DNA of 64,000 nucleotides from Alphaproteobacteria bacterium (GCA_964291285.2 OZ219787.1:1760001-1824000), one strand, 5' to 3'. Shown: positions 19,272 through 30,113, numbered from the stretch's first letter. The notes: a model not told the origin generated them from the sequence alone. Program-made: numbers and translations.

Positions 19272-19444
19272 TCCTCTTCATCCTCCCTTGCGCGGTCGAG
19301 CATGGTGCGGATCGCTTCGACGCACTGTCCGCAGACCGGAGCGCAGGCATTGCGGCGGAATATCTCCGCCACGCGGCGCGCGCCCGCCCCGAGGGCGCCC
19401 TCCACGGCCTGGACCGAAAGATCGTTGCAAAGACATACCCGCAT
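19268..19444 (-). CDS. Bfd-like [2Fe-2S] small ferredoxin
   Basis: MRVCLCN...CGQC (CxC-x31-CxxC), 58 aa; stop overlaps the MaoC start (ATGA). Confidence 0.75.
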   Translation of the reverse strand: MRVCLCNDLSVQAVEGALGAGARRVAEIFRRNACAPVCGQCVEAIRTMLDRAREDEEE

Positions 19445-19474
19445 CGCCGCCACCATGGGCCGCATGGGGCGCGA

Positions 19475-19503
19475 TTGACAAGGATGAATGCTATGCATAC
19501 GGT
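19475..19503 (+). promoter_or_regulatory. Putative sigma70 promoter of the second Dpp operon
   Basis: TTGACA (19475-19480)-N17-TACGGT. Confidence 0.5.
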
Positions 19504-19551
19504 CCCGAGCTTGAGCGTGGGGCGTCGCTCCGGGACAGGTCGGGAGGTTGA

Positions 19552-20547
19552 GTGGCTCTTCTCGAAATTGACGAGTTGAAGACACAGTTCTTCACATCGG
19601 CGGGAACTGTACTCGCCGTGGACGGCATTTCCTATACGGTGGAAGAAGGCGAGACGGTCGCCGTGGTCGGCGAGTCCGGCTGCGGCAAGTCCGTGTCCGC
19701 GCTGTCCATATTGCGGCTGGTGGCGGACCCGCCGGGCAAGATCGTCGGCGGGCGCATCGGCTTCATGGGCCGCAACCTGCTGGAACTCAGCGACCGGGAG
19801 ATCCGCGAGGTGCGCGGGCGCCATATCGGCATGATCTTCCAGGAGCCGATGACCTCGCTCAATCCCGTGCTGTCCATCGGCACGCAGTTGACCGAGACCG
19901 TCATCCATCATCTCGGCTATAGCGAGGAGAGGGCGGCGTCGCGCTCGCTTGAACTGATGGAGATGGTGGGCATCTCCGATCCGCCGCGCCGGCTCGACCA
20001 GTATCCGCACCATCTTTCGGGTGGGATGCGCCAGCGCGTGATGATCGCGATGGCGCTGGCCTGCGAGCCCAAGCTGATCATAGCGGACGAGCCCACGACG
20101 GCGCTCGATGTCACCATCCAGGCGCAGATCCTGGAGCTGATGAAGAACCTGACCCGCGAGCTTGGTGTGGCGATGATTATCATCACCCACAATCTCGGCG
20201 TGGTGGCCCGCTACGCGGACCGGGTGAATGTGATGTATGCGGGCAAGATCATCGAGGAAGGCAGCGCCGAGGACGTCTATCACCGGCCGCGCCACCCGTA
20301 CACGCTGGCCCTGCTCAACTCCGTGCCGCGCGTGGACCAGCAACGCAGCGCCAAGCTCGACCCGGTCGAGGGCCAGCCGCCGGACCTCACGCGCCTCGAC
20401 GGAAGCTGCTCGTTCCGGCCGCGCTGCCGCTATGCTCAGGAGCAATGCGCCCAGTCGTTCCCGGAGCTGGAGAGCGTAGGGGAAGGACACCGGTCGGCCT
20501 GCTTCCGCTCGCAGGAAATCGCCGCCGGTCTGGAGCAGGTTGCATGA
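19552..20547 (+). CDS. Oligopeptide ABC ATP-binding protein (DppD-like)
   Basis: [39 protein letters not shown]. Confidence 0.93.
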   Translation: MALLEIDELKTQFFTSAGTVLAVDGISYTVEEGETVAVVGESGCGKSVSALSILRLVADPPGKIVGGRIGFMGRNLLELSDREIREVRGRHIGMIFQEPMTSLNPVLSIGTQLTETVIHHLGYSEERAASRSLELMEMVGISDPPRRLDQYPHHLSGGMRQRVMIAMALACEPKLIIADEPTTALDVTIQAQILELMKNLTRELGVAMIIITHNLGVVARYADRVNVMYAGKIIEEGSAEDVYHRPRHPYTLALLNSVPRVDQQRSAKLDPVEGQPPDLTRLDGSCSFRPRCRYAQEQCAQSFPELESVGEGHRSACFRSQEIAAGLEQVA

Positions 20548-21563
20548 ACGACATTGCGACCCAGGCGAGTCACCGGGGAACGGTATCCGAAGACATTTTG
20601 ATCTCGGTGAACGGCCTCAAGATGCACTTTCCGGTGACGGAAGGCATCGTCATGCGCCGCGTCGTCGCTCATGTGAAGGCGGTGGACGGGATCAATTTCG
20701 AAATCCGCCGGGGCGAGACCCTGGGCCTTGTCGGGGAGTCCGGCTGCGGCAAGACCACGACCGGGCGTTGCATCCTGCAGCTGGAGCGGCCGACGGCGGG
20801 ATCCATCACCTTCGAGGGGCAGGAGCTGGGCGGGCTCCGCGGCGAGGCGCTCCGCTCCATGCGGCGGCGTATCCAGGTGATCTTCCAGGACCCCTACAGC
20901 TCGCTCAATCCGCGCCTCAAGATCGGCGAGATCATCGGCGAGCCGATCCGCGTCCACGGCCTGATCCCGGACAAGGCGAAACGCGAGGACCGGGTGCGCG
21001 AACTGCTCGCCGTTTGCGGCCTGAACCCTGCATTTGCGGACCGTTACCCGCACGAGATGTCGGGCGGCCAGCGACAGCGCGTGGGCATTGCGCGGGCGCT
21101 CGGCCTCGAGCCGGATTTCATCGTTTGCGACGAAGCGGTGTCGGCGCTCGATGTGTCGATCCAGGCACAGGTCATCAACCTTCTGGAAGACCTGCGGGAC
21201 CAGTTCGACCTGACATACCTGTTCATCAGCCACGACCTTTCGGTGGTCAGGCATATCTGCCACCGGGTGGCCGTGATGTATCTGGGCAAGATGGTCGAGC
21301 TCGCCGAGACGGACGAGCTGTTCGACAACCCGATGCACCCCTACACGAGGGCGCTGCTTGAGGCGGTTCCGATCCCCGATCCGGTAGTCGAGCAGGCCCG
21401 CGCGCATCAGGTCATCAAGGGCGAGATTCCGAGCCCGATCAATCCGCCTTCGGGCTGCGTCTTGCATCCGCGCTGCGATATCGCGGTCGAAGGCTGCCCG
21501 AACGCGTTCCCGGCTTTCCGCGAGGTCAAGCCGGGCCATTGGGTTGCCTGCACGGAGGTGTAG
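20544..21563 (+). CDS. Oligopeptide ABC ATP-binding protein (DppF-like)
   Basis: [36 protein letters not shown]; ATGA overlap with the upstream gene. Confidence 0.93.
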   Translation: MNDIATQASHRGTVSEDILISVNGLKMHFPVTEGIVMRRVVAHVKAVDGINFEIRRGETLGLVGESGCGKTTTGRCILQLERPTAGSITFEGQELGGLRGEALRSMRRRIQVIFQDPYSSLNPRLKIGEIIGEPIRVHGLIPDKAKREDRVRELLAVCGLNPAFADRYPHEMSGGQRQRVGIARALGLEPDFIVCDEAVSALDVSIQAQVINLLEDLRDQFDLTYLFISHDLSVVRHICHRVAVMYLGKMVELAETDELFDNPMHPYTRALLEAVPIPDPVVEQARAHQVIKGEIPSPINPPSGCVLHPRCDIAVEGCPNAFPAFREVKPGHWVACTEV

Positions 21564-21662
21564 CAACGGGACGCCGCCCGGGAGCAAGGGCGGAAAAGGG
21601 GCGTTACGGCGCCCGCCACGCAGCCGGGTCTCGGCAAGGGGCCCGATAAACAGGGAGGTAGC

Positions 21663-23366
21663 GTGTCTGCCATGAAAGCGAGTTTCACCAGATTGGCTCT
21701 GGCGGCCGGTCTCGGCGCGGCCGTTGCGGCTGGCGGCGTCGCGGCGGCGTCGGCGGAGGGGCCGAAAACGGGCGGCGTCTTGCGCCTGGTCGTTGCCGGC
21801 AAGATTCCGTCCTATGACGGGCATCGGGAATCGACCTTCGCGATGATCCATCCGATCCGGCCGTTCTACAGCCTGCTGATCCGCGTCAATCCGGACGATC
21901 CGCAGTCGTCGGACTTCATCTGCGATTTGTGCGAAGGCGACGTGCCGGCGCCGACCAACGACGGCAAGACCTACACCTTCAAGATCCGGCAGGGCGTGGA
22001 GTTCCACGACGGCACGCCGTTGACGGCGCACGACATCGTGGCGACCTACAACAAGATCGTCTTCCCGCAGGAAGGCATTCTGAGCAACCGCGTCAGCCGT
22101 TTCGCGATGGTAGACGCCATCTCGGCGCCGGACGACCACACGGTCCAGTTCGACCTGAAGTACGCCTCGCCGGGCTTCATTCCCATGGTCGCCACGCCGT
22201 TCAACTTCGTCTATGCGAAGAAGGACCTGGAACAGGCCGATCCCGATGGCAAGGATCCGCAGTACGGGATGAAGTGGCACCAGAGCAACATCAACGGCAC
22301 CGGCCCCTTCGTGTTCGTCGAGCACCAGCCCGGTTCGCATGTGCTGGGCAAGCGCTACGAGAAGTACCATCACGAGGGCAAGCCCTATCTCGACGGCTTC
22401 AAGGCCATCTCCGCGCCGAAAATGTCGGTTCGCATCCAGGCGATCCGCGGCGGACGCGCCGACATCGAGTTCCGCGGCTTTCCGCCGAAAGCCCGCGACG
22501 ATCTCGTCAAGGCCTTGGGTGAGGACATCACCGTTCAGGAAAGCGCCTGGAACTGCACCTTCGGCTTTGCCGGGAACCAGACCAAGCCGCTCTTCCAGGA
22601 CAAGCGTGTGAGGCAGGCGCTGACGCTCGGCCTCGACCGCTGGGGCGCGTCCAGGTACCTCTCCAAGATCGCCATCGTGAAGACGGTCGGCGGCCTTGCC
22701 CTGCCGGGCCATCCGGTTGCGGCGGACGAGGATACGCTCAAGAGCTATTACGGCTACTGGCCCGACATTGAGAAGAGCCGCGCGAAGGCCCGCGAGCTTC
22801 TCAAGGAAGCGGGCGCCGAGGGCGCGTCGTTCAAGATCTGGAACCGCGCCGTGGACCAGCCCTACAAGGCGGTCGGCACCTGGATGATCGACCAGTGGCG
22901 GCAGATCGGCCTGAATGTCGAGCAGATCGTGGTTCCGACCGGCCCGTGGATGGCCGGCCTCCGCGATCCGGAGCAGGAAGGCGCTGATGTGAACATCTGG
23001 CCGTCCTGCCAGAGCGTCGTGAATCCGATCGTCGATGCCGGCGCCTGGATTTCCAAGGCGCGGGCGGCAGACAATCGCGGCCATTACGAAGACCCGCAGC
23101 TCGACGAGTGGTACGACCAGATGCAGCGGGAAGGCGACCCGGCCAAGCAGGCGGAGCTGTACCGGAAGTTCGAGAAGCGCGTCCTGCATGACGAGGCGCA
23201 TTTCGGGCAGATCCTGTGGTGGCACAAGATCAACCCGCACCGCTCTTACGTGAAGGGCTGGAAGATCGCGCCGTCGCACTACCTGAACCAGTCGCTGGAC
23301 CAGGTGTGGCTGGATGTTTCCGACGAGGAGCGCAAGCAGCGCACCATGGACGAACTGGGCGGCTGA
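21663..23366 (+). CDS. ABC substrate-binding protein, family 5
   Basis: Signal peptide; KTYTFKIRQGVEFHDGTPLTAHD, NGTGPF, PYLDG, DKRVRQAL. Confidence 0.92.
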   Translation: MSAMKASFTRLALAAGLGAAVAAGGVAAASAEGPKTGGVLRLVVAGKIPSYDGHRESTFAMIHPIRPFYSLLIRVNPDDPQSSDFICDLCEGDVPAPTNDGKTYTFKIRQGVEFHDGTPLTAHDIVATYNKIVFPQEGILSNRVSRFAMVDAISAPDDHTVQFDLKYASPGFIPMVATPFNFVYAKKDLEQADPDGKDPQYGMKWHQSNINGTGPFVFVEHQPGSHVLGKRYEKYHHEGKPYLDGFKAISAPKMSVRIQAIRGGRADIEFRGFPPKARDDLVKALGEDITVQESAWNCTFGFAGNQTKPLFQDKRVRQALTLGLDRWGASRYLSKIAIVKTVGGLALPGHPVAADEDTLKSYYGYWPDIEKSRAKARELLKEAGAEGASFKIWNRAVDQPYKAVGTWMIDQWRQIGLNVEQIVVPTGPWMAGLRDPEQEGADVNIWPSCQSVVNPIVDAGAWISKARAADNRGHYEDPQLDEWYDQMQREGDPAKQAELYRKFEKRVLHDEAHFGQILWWHKINPHRSYVKGWKIAPSHYLNQSLDQVWLDVSDEERKQRTMDELGG

Positions 23367-23380
23367 CCGCCCGACCTCTC

Positions 23381-23418
23381 GCGCCGCCCCGGGCAACCGG
23401 GGCGGCGCCTTCTCTCTT
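23381..23418 (+). terminator. GC hairpin after the substrate-binding gene (terminator or mRNA stabiliser)
   Basis: GCGCCGCCCCGG-GCAA-CCGGGGCGGCGC followed by CTTCTCTCTT. Confidence 0.65.
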
Positions 23419-23432
23419 AGAGGCGTTCATTC

Positions 23433-24404
23433 ATGTACAAATATGTCATCAAGCGCCTGCTGCTGCTGATCCCGACCCTGCTGGGAGCGGCGATTCTGGT
23501 ATTCCTGCTGCTGCGGGCGGTGCCGGGCGACGTGTGCCAGTTGCGGCTCGGCGGCGGCGGCGAGTTCATCGACCCGGCGGCGCTGGAGCAGTGCAAGGTC
23601 CAGCTTGGCCTCATGGACCCGCTGCATGTCCAACTGGTCGATTTCCTCGCCAGTTTCTTCACGTTCAATTTCGGTGAATCCATGTGGACCGGGCGGCCCG
23701 TCGCCCTTGAAATCGGGCTGCGCTTCGAGCTCTCGCTCCAGATCGCGATCATGGCGACCCTGGTTTCGATCATCGTCGCCATTCCGCTCGGGACGATTTC
23801 GGCGATCAAGCAGAACACCTGGATCGACTATATTGTCCGCACGGTCAGCATCGCCGGCATCGCCATCCCCTCCTTCTGGCTCGGAATCATCATCATCCTG
23901 GGGCTGTTGATCACGACGCAGGCCATGACCGGGGTGCCCTGGATGCCACCCATCGACTACCGGCCGTTGTGGGAGGACCCGGCCTACAACCTGTCGATGC
24001 TGATCTGGCCCGCCGTCGCGACCGGCTACCGCTATTCCGCCGTAGCGACCCGCATGACGCGCTCGGCCCTGCTTGAAGTGCTGCGGGAGGACTATGTGCG
24101 CACCGCCCGCGCCAAGGGCTTGCTGGAAAAGATGATTATCAACCGCCATGCGTTGCGCAATTCGCTGCTGCCCGTCGTGACGATCATCGGCATCGAGTTC
24201 GCCTTCCTGATGGGCGGCCTCGTGGTAACGGAGCAGGTCTTCAACCTGAACGGCATCGGCAAGCTGTTCGTCGAATCGGTGACCAACCAGGACTATGTGA
24301 TGACCCAGTCGCTGGTCATGCTGGTGGTCACCATCTTCGTCCTCGTCAACCTCGTGGTCGATATCCTTTACGCGGTGCTCGACCCGCGCATCCGCTACAG
24401 CTAG
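23433..24404 (+). CDS. ABC permease (DppB-like)
   Basis: PGD, PSFWLG, EDYVRTARAKGL, HALRN, EQVFNLNGIG. Confidence 0.93.
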   Translation: MYKYVIKRLLLLIPTLLGAAILVFLLLRAVPGDVCQLRLGGGGEFIDPAALEQCKVQLGLMDPLHVQLVDFLASFFTFNFGESMWTGRPVALEIGLRFELSLQIAIMATLVSIIVAIPLGTISAIKQNTWIDYIVRTVSIAGIAIPSFWLGIIIILGLLITTQAMTGVPWMPPIDYRPLWEDPAYNLSMLIWPAVATGYRYSAVATRMTRSALLEVLREDYVRTARAKGLLEKMIINRHALRNSLLPVVTIIGIEFAFLMGGLVVTEQVFNLNGIGKLFVESVTNQDYVMTQSLVMLVVTIFVLVNLVVDILYAVLDPRIRYS

Positions 24405-24417
24405 GAGGGCCGTTCTC

Positions 24418-25326
24418 ATGGCGACAGTCTCGGGAGGCAGCCTTGCGGTAGCCATGTTCGAGGAGCCGGCGGCGATCAAGCCCTGGCATGTCAAACTGCG
24501 TGAAACCGCGCGCAAGCAGCCTGTAGGCGTTGCCGGCGCCATTATCGTGGTGCTGATGATCCTGATGGCGGTTTTCGCCGATGTGGTGACGCCGTTCGAT
24601 CCGCTCCAGACATCCTACGAATACATGCTGGCGCCGCCGGACGGGCACTTCCTTTTCGGCACCGACATGCTCGGCCGCGATGTCTATTCGCGCATCGTCT
24701 ACGGCGCCCGCACGGCGCTGTTCGTAGGCTTTGCTGCAGCGACGGTAGGCGGAATTCTCGGCCTCATCCTGGGGGTCTCCAGCGCCTATTTCGGCGGCCT
24801 GTTCGACCTCTTCTTCCAGCGCGTCATGGATGTCTTCATGGCGTTCCCGCTGGTCATCATGGCGCTGGCGGTGGTGTCGATCCTCGGCACAGGCACGGAG
24901 AACGTGATCCTGGCGATCATCGTGCCCTTCGTGCCCAGATGCGCGCGGGTGGTGCGGTCCTCCGCGCTCCAGATCCGCGAGATCCCCTATATCGACGCGG
25001 CGAAGGCCTGCGGCTTCGGCCATGCGCGCATCATCATGCGCCACATGGCGCCGAACGTGATGGCGCCCTTCCTCATCATGGTCACGGCCTTCGTCGGGCA
25101 GGCGATCCTGACCGAGGCGTCGCTCTCCTATCTCGGCCTCGGCGTGCAGGAACCGACGCCGGCCTGGGGGCTGATGCTGCAGGGCGGGGCGGAGGAATTC
25201 GCCGAGACCGCGCCCTGGGTCGCCGTCTTCCCGGGCCTTGCGATCACGCTCGCCGTGTTCGGCTTCAACCTGTTCGGCGACGCGCTCAGGGACGTGCTCG
25301 ACCCGAGGCTCCGCTCGTCGCAGTAG
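24418..25326 (+). CDS. ABC permease (DppC-like)
   Basis: FGTDMLGRD, YGARTAL, PYIDAAKACG, LSYLGLG, FNLFGDALRD. Confidence 0.93.
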   Translation: MATVSGGSLAVAMFEEPAAIKPWHVKLRETARKQPVGVAGAIIVVLMILMAVFADVVTPFDPLQTSYEYMLAPPDGHFLFGTDMLGRDVYSRIVYGARTALFVGFAAATVGGILGLILGVSSAYFGGLFDLFFQRVMDVFMAFPLVIMALAVVSILGTGTENVILAIIVPFVPRCARVVRSSALQIREIPYIDAAKACGFGHARIIMRHMAPNVMAPFLIMVTAFVGQAILTEASLSYLGLGVQEPTPAWGLMLQGGAEEFAETAPWVAVFPGLAITLAVFGFNLFGDALRDVLDPRLRSSQ

Positions 25327-25352
25327 GCCGCCGGGCGGAGGAGGGCGCTGCC

Positions 25353-25751
25353 ATGCCCGGACGGGAACGGGAAGAGTTCCGCATCGAAGGGCTGAACGAG
25401 CCCATCAGCCACTACACGGACGCCGTGCGCTTCGGCGACCTCCTGTTCGTGTCCGGGATCGCGCCGGTCGACGAGAACCTCAATCTCGTCGGCGGGGACG
25501 ATGTGGGCGCCCAGACGAGGCGGCTGTTCGAGAACATGGACCGGATATTGCAGGCCGCCGGCGCTTCGTTCGCCGACATCCTCAAGGTGACGGTCTATCT
25601 GACCGATGTGAACGACCGCCATGCGGTCGATATCGTACGGCGGGAGTTTTTCGGGGATGCCCGCCCTGCCAGCACGCTCATCGGCATCGCGGAACTCGCC
25701 GTGCCCGGCATGAAGGTCGAAATCGACGCGGTAGCCGGCCTGAGGGGCTGA
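25353..25751 (+). CDS. RidA/YjgF family protein
   Basis: YTDAVR.GDLLFVSG, ILKVTVYL, RPASTL, VEIDAVA; GAGGAGGG RBS. Confidence 0.88.
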   Translation: MPGREREEFRIEGLNEPISHYTDAVRFGDLLFVSGIAPVDENLNLVGGDDVGAQTRRLFENMDRILQAAGASFADILKVTVYLTDVNDRHAVDIVRREFFGDARPASTLIGIAELAVPGMKVEIDAVAGLRG

Positions 25752-25808
25752 AACCGCGCCCGGAGACGGTTCGGGACCAAGGCCGGCAACCGGCTCTCAA
25801 GCGGCCAC

Positions 25809-27101
25809 TCAGCCGGCCTCGAATACCGTGCGCCCGTCCACCACGGTGCGGAGTACGCGGCCCTGGACCGGGCGGCGGTCGAAGGGCGAGTTCCTGGACT
25901 TGCTACGGAAGGCGTCCACCTCGATGCGCCCCGGAACGTCGGGGTCGAACACCGCGACATCGCCCGCCCGGCCCGGCGCCAGCCGGCCGAGCGGCAGGCC
26001 CAGCAGGTCCGCGGGCGCGCTGGTCAGCTTCTCCAGCACGTCCAGCAGCGCCATGTGGCCGTTATGGTAGAGCTCAAGCGAGAGCGGCAGCAGGCTCTCC
26101 AGGCCGACGATTCCGGGCACCGCATCGGCGAAAGGCAGCCGCTTCGACTCCTGGTCCTGCGGGTCGTGGTCGCTCGCTATGGCGTCGATGGTGCCGTCCG
26201 CAAGCGCCTCGACCACGGCGCGCCGGTCCGCCTCCGACCGGAGCGGCGGCGAGACCTTGCCGAAGGTCCGGTAGTCGCCGATGGCGGTCTCGTTGAGCGC
26301 GAAATAGTGCGGCGCCGTATCGCAGGTCACCCGCCAGCCCTCGCGCTTCGCCCGGCGGATGAGGGCGAGCCCCTCTGCGGTGGTAACATGGGCCGCGTGA
26401 TAGCGCCCGCCGGTCAGCGCCACCAGGCGCAGGTCCCGGTCGATCATCATCGCTTCCGCGGCCGCGGGGATGCCGGGCAGGCCGAGGCGCGTCGCGATCT
26501 CGCCCTCGGTCACGACGCCGCCCTGCGCCAGTTCGGGTTCTTCCGGGTGCTGCACGATGAGCGCATCGAAGGCCTGTGCGTAGGACAGCGCCCGGCGCAT
26601 GACGCGGGCGCTGGAAACGGCGCGCAGACCGTCGGTGAAGGCAAGCGCGCCCGCATCCTTCAACATGCCGAGCTCGGTAAGCTGCTCGCCCTTCAGGCCG
26701 CGCGTGAGCGCCCCGTAGGCGAACACCTTGACCCGCCGGACCTCGCGCGCGCGCCGGGCGATGAACTCGACGACATTCACATCGTCGATCGGGGGCGCGG
26801 TGTTCGGCAGGGCCGCGACGGCCGTGACGCCGCCGGCCGCTGCCGCCAGGCTGCCGCTGTCGATGGTTTCCTTGTGCTCGCCGCCGGGCTCGCCGAGCTG
26901 CACCCGCATATCGACCAGGCCGGGTGCGGCGCAGGCGCCTTCGCAGTCGATGACGGCCGCGCCCTCCGGGACCGAACCGGCGGTCACCTCCGGGCCGACT
27001 GCGGCGATCCGCCCGTCCTCGATCAATATGCCGCCCGGCGCGTCCAGCCGGCTCGCCGGGTCCAGAAGCCGGGCGTTGACGAGGGCCGTCCGCTTGGTCA
27101 C
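25809..27101 (-). CDS. pyrC: Dihydroorotase-like subunit (PyrC/PyrC', probably non-catalytic partner of ATCase)
   Basis: PGLVD..GEPG, AAAGGVT, PPLR, IASDHDP; the Zn-binding HxH is replaced by RVQ; coupled to pyrB. Confidence 0.85.
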   Translation of the reverse strand: MTKRTALVNARLLDPASRLDAPGGILIEDGRIAAVGPEVTAGSVPEGAAVIDCEGACAAPGLVDMRVQLGEPGGEHKETIDSGSLAAAAGGVTAVAALPNTAPPIDDVNVVEFIARRAREVRRVKVFAYGALTRGLKGEQLTELGMLKDAGALAFTDGLRAVSSARVMRRALSYAQAFDALIVQHPEEPELAQGGVVTEGEIATRLGLPGIPAAAEAMMIDRDLRLVALTGGRYHAAHVTTAEGLALIRRAKREGWRVTCDTAPHYFALNETAIGDYRTFGKVSPPLRSEADRRAVVEALADGTIDAIASDHDPQDQESKRLPFADAVPGIVGLESLLPLSLELYHNGHMALLDVLEKLTSAPADLLGLPLGRLAPGRAGDVAVFDPDVPGRIEVDAFRSKSRNSPFDRRPVQGRVLRTVVDGRTVFEAG

Positions 27102-28063
27102 GCGGCCTCGGCGCGGTTCGATTGCAGCTTGCGCGTCAGCAGGTCGAGGCAGGCCATGCGGACGGCGACGCCCATCTCCACCTGCTCCTGAATCAGCGAG
27201 CGGTGGATGTCGTCGGCCACGTCGCTGTCAATCTCCACGCCGCGGTTCATCGGCCCCGGATGCATCACCAGCGCATCCGGCCGCGCCGCCGCCAGCTTGC
27301 GGGCGTCGAGGCCGAAGAAGTGGAAATATTCGCGTACCGACGGCACGAAGCTGCCCTGCATCCGCTCCGTCTGGAGGCGCAGCATCATCACGATGTCCAC
27401 GCCGTCGAGGCCGGCGCGCATGTCATGGAAGACCTCGACGCCGAAGCGGTCCATCTCCGCCGGCATCAGGGTCGGCGGCGCCACGACCCGCACGCGGGTG
27501 CCCATAGCGTTGAAGAGGTGGATGTTCGAGCGCGCCACGCGGCTGTGCATGATGTCGCCGCAGATCGCGACCGTGAGGCCGGAGAGGCCGCCGAGGCGCC
27601 GCCGGATGGTGAGCGCGTCGAGCAGGGCCTGGGTCGGGTGCTCGTGCCAGCCGTCGCCCGCATTGATGACCGCCCCGTCCACCTTTTCGGAGAGCAGGTG
27701 GACGGCGCCCGACTGCGGGTGGCGGACCACGAGGAGGTCCGGGCGCATGGCGTTGAGCGTCAGCGCCGTATCCAGCAGCGTCTCGCCCTTCTTGATGGCG
27801 CTGATGTCGGGCGAGATGTTGATGACGTCCGCGCCGAGCCGCTTGCCGGCCAGCTCGAAACTCGTGCGGGTGCGCGTCGAGGTCTCGAAGAAGACGTTGA
27901 TGACGGTGCGCCCCTTCAGCACCGCCACCTTCTTGTCGTCCCGGCGGCTCTGCTCGACATAGCTCTCGGACAGGTCCAGCAGGGCCGAAATCTCGCCGGG
28001 CGCAAGGCCCTCTATGCCGAGCAGGTGACGATGCGGGTAGCTGTATGGAGCGGCATCGGCCAT
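27098..28063 (-). CDS. pyrB: Aspartate carbamoyltransferase catalytic subunit
   Basis: [50 protein letters not shown]. Confidence 0.97.
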   Translation of the reverse strand: MADAAPYSYPHRHLLGIEGLAPGEISALLDLSESYVEQSRRDDKKVAVLKGRTVINVFFETSTRTRTSFELAGKRLGADVINISPDISAIKKGETLLDTALTLNAMRPDLLVVRHPQSGAVHLLSEKVDGAVINAGDGWHEHPTQALLDALTIRRRLGGLSGLTVAICGDIMHSRVARSNIHLFNAMGTRVRVVAPPTLMPAEMDRFGVEVFHDMRAGLDGVDIVMMLRLQTERMQGSFVPSVREYFHFFGLDARKLAAARPDALVMHPGPMNRGVEIDSDVADDIHRSLIQEQVEMGVAVRMACLDLLTRKLQSNRAEAA

Positions 28064-28155
28064 AAAGCGGTTTTGTGCGGGGGATTCGGCCGCCGATCAA
28101 GGGGCCGTCCGCCCGGGACTGTGGATGACTTGCGCGAGCGGGAGGCGCCGGCCCC

Positions 28156-29391
28156 ATGGACATGCGTTTGACGCCGTTTCAGCAGGAGCTGGTAGAAAAG
28201 GCGCGCCGCCTGGCGGTGGAGCGCTTTCAGCCGCGCGCCGCCCGGCTCGACCGCGAGGCGGCCTTTCCGTTCGAAGACTATGACGATCTGCGCAACGAGG
28301 GCCTGCTGGCGCTCTGCGTGCCGGCGGCGCATGGCGGCCTCGGCGCGGATTTCGAGACCTATTGCCTGGTCGCCGAGCAGCTCGCGCGCGGCAACGCCTC
28401 CACGGCGCTCACCTACAACATGCACTGCCTCACCATGATGCTGATGGGGGAGATGGCGGACCGTTACGACATGCCGGCGGAGAAGCGCGCCCGCCACGAG
28501 CGCCTGCGGGCCGAGAAGTTCCGCGAGGTGGTGGAGGAGGGCGTCTTCTACGGCCAGCCGCACAGCGAGCCGGTGGAGGAGGGCGAGACCGACACGGCCT
28601 TCAGCGTCGGCGGCAGGCGCTTCGGCACCGAGGCGCGAAGCGTCGAGGGCGGCTACCGGGTGACGGGGCGCAAGTTCTTCGTCTCGCTGTCCGGTGCTGC
28701 CGACTATTTCGCGACGCCGGCGATCCTTGTGGACGAGGGCGACATGCCCTGGCTGGAGCGCACGCTCTACCTCAAGGTGCCGCGCGAGGCGGAGGGCGTC
28801 GCCTTCGAGGGGGAGTGGGACCCGATCGGCATGCGCGCCACGGTGAGCCGCGAGATGCGCCTCACGGATGTGTTCGTGCCGGACAGCGGCGACATCCTGC
28901 CGCCCGGCGTCTTCGGCGGCCTCTACCTCACCGCCAGCCACGCCCCGATGGGGTTCTCCGCCACTTTCCTCGGCCTTGCGGTCGAGGCCGCCGGGACCGC
29001 GCTCGCCTATCTGCGCGGCGACCTTGCGGGCGCGCCCGGCCGCCCTACCGTCGCGCCGTCCGCCAGCAATGCGGTCGCCGAGATGGTGCTGAAGCTCGAA
29101 GCGACGCGCTCGCTCTTCTACCACGCCGTCTCGGAGGCGAAGCTGCCGCCGACGCCGGAAACCCGCCAGCGCGCCCGCGCCGCCCACGTCACGGTGCAGC
29201 GCAACGCCGTGGAGATCACCTCGCTCGCCATGCGGGTCTGCGGCGGCCGCGCGATCCTCAAGCGCTTCCCGCTCGAACGCCACCTCCGCGACGCCCGAGC
29301 CGCCTCCGTCATGCGCCCCTGGACCCTGGACATCGTCACGGAGGAGCTATGGGACGCGGCCCTCGGCGGGAGCCGGGACGAAGGCGGGTAG
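28156..29391 (+). CDS. Acyl-CoA dehydrogenase-fold flavoprotein (monooxygenase-like)
   Basis: DREAAFP, VPAAHGGLG, NMH, VTGRKFFVS, WDPIGMRAT.S, GGRA..PLERHLRDARA. Confidence 0.85.
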   Translation: MDMRLTPFQQELVEKARRLAVERFQPRAARLDREAAFPFEDYDDLRNEGLLALCVPAAHGGLGADFETYCLVAEQLARGNASTALTYNMHCLTMMLMGEMADRYDMPAEKRARHERLRAEKFREVVEEGVFYGQPHSEPVEEGETDTAFSVGGRRFGTEARSVEGGYRVTGRKFFVSLSGAADYFATPAILVDEGDMPWLERTLYLKVPREAEGVAFEGEWDPIGMRATVSREMRLTDVFVPDSGDILPPGVFGGLYLTASHAPMGFSATFLGLAVEAAGTALAYLRGDLAGAPGRPTVAPSASNAVAEMVLKLEATRSLFYHAVSEAKLPPTPETRQRARAAHVTVQRNAVEITSLAMRVCGGRAILKRFPLERHLRDARAASVMRPWTLDIVTEELWDAALGGSRDEGG

Positions 29392-29790
29392 GGCGAATGC
29401 TGCGGGAGTTCGTATACGATGTTGTTGTATGACTTTGAGGCCCAGGCATAACGCCAACCTGGAAGGATCATTCCGGCCCGCCCGCCTGCCTTTCGCCGCC
29501 AAGGCCGGATGAAACGGCCGCCGGTGGCACCCGATGGGGCCGCCGCCACCGCTTTCGGCCGAGGTCGACTGCAACAAACGGCCGTTTTCCATCGATGCCG
29601 GGCGTTACGAGCGGTCCCCGTTTCCACCAATGTTGAGTGTTACAACAGCCCTTGTTTATGCCGGAGTCGAATGTAGTGCGGCACCGAACGGCCGCACTTC
29701 TCCCGCGCGCCGGCTCCGGCCGCCGGCCCTCGCGGGAGTGGATTCGTTGCGGCGCCAACGCGGCCGAAGCCGCCAGGCGCCGCCGGTGGT

Positions 29791-29861
29791 TCAGGTCATG
29801 GCCTGTCCTGGCATATTTTCAAGATAAAAGGATATATAGGGAACAAAGGGCGGGACGTCAA
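29791..29861 (-). promoter_or_regulatory. Putative sigma70 promoter followed by an ATG-ACC-TGA minigene
   Basis: Minus strand TTGACG (29861-29856)-N17-TATATA (29838-29833) with GTTC in the spacer; AGGCCATGACCTGA at 29804-29791 is identical to 58638-58651. Confidence 0.55.
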
Positions 29862-30106
29862 CCCCCGCCGATGCGGGGGAGGAGATAGACTTCGGCGCCT
29901 TCGGGGATGGGGGCGGTCAGGTCGTCCTGGTGCATGACGCCGTCTATGGCGACGGCCATGCTTTCCTCCACCTGCCGGCCGAGACCCGGAAAGCGCGTTT
30001 CCAGGTCCCGGACCAGGGCCCTTATGCTGGCTGCGTCCGACTCCAGCTCGGCCATGCCGCCCGTGTATTGACGGCAGGCCGAGTGGGTCAGGACAATGCG
30101 CGCCAA
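29858..30106 (-). CDS. MoaD/ThiS family sulfur-carrier protein
   Basis: 82 aa, RFPGL, VAIDG, C-terminal LPRIGGG. Confidence 0.85.
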   Translation of the reverse strand: MARIVLTHSACRQYTGGMAELESDAASIRALVRDLETRFPGLGRQVEESMAVAIDGVMHQDDLTAPIPEGAEVYLLPRIGGG

Positions 30107-30113
30107 GGCGGGG

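Noticed and set aside
20436-23396. Very long antisense ORFs (986 aa here; also 30096-32447, 34467-36767, 60693-63209, 5349-7217)
   Set aside because: Shadow frames of well-supported genes on the opposite strand, typical of high-GC DNA; no recognisable motifs
29347-29888. Short ORFs in the 29.4-29.9 kb gap (81-97 aa, both strands)
   Set aside because: No RBS, motif or codon-bias support, and they overlap one another; treated as non-coding
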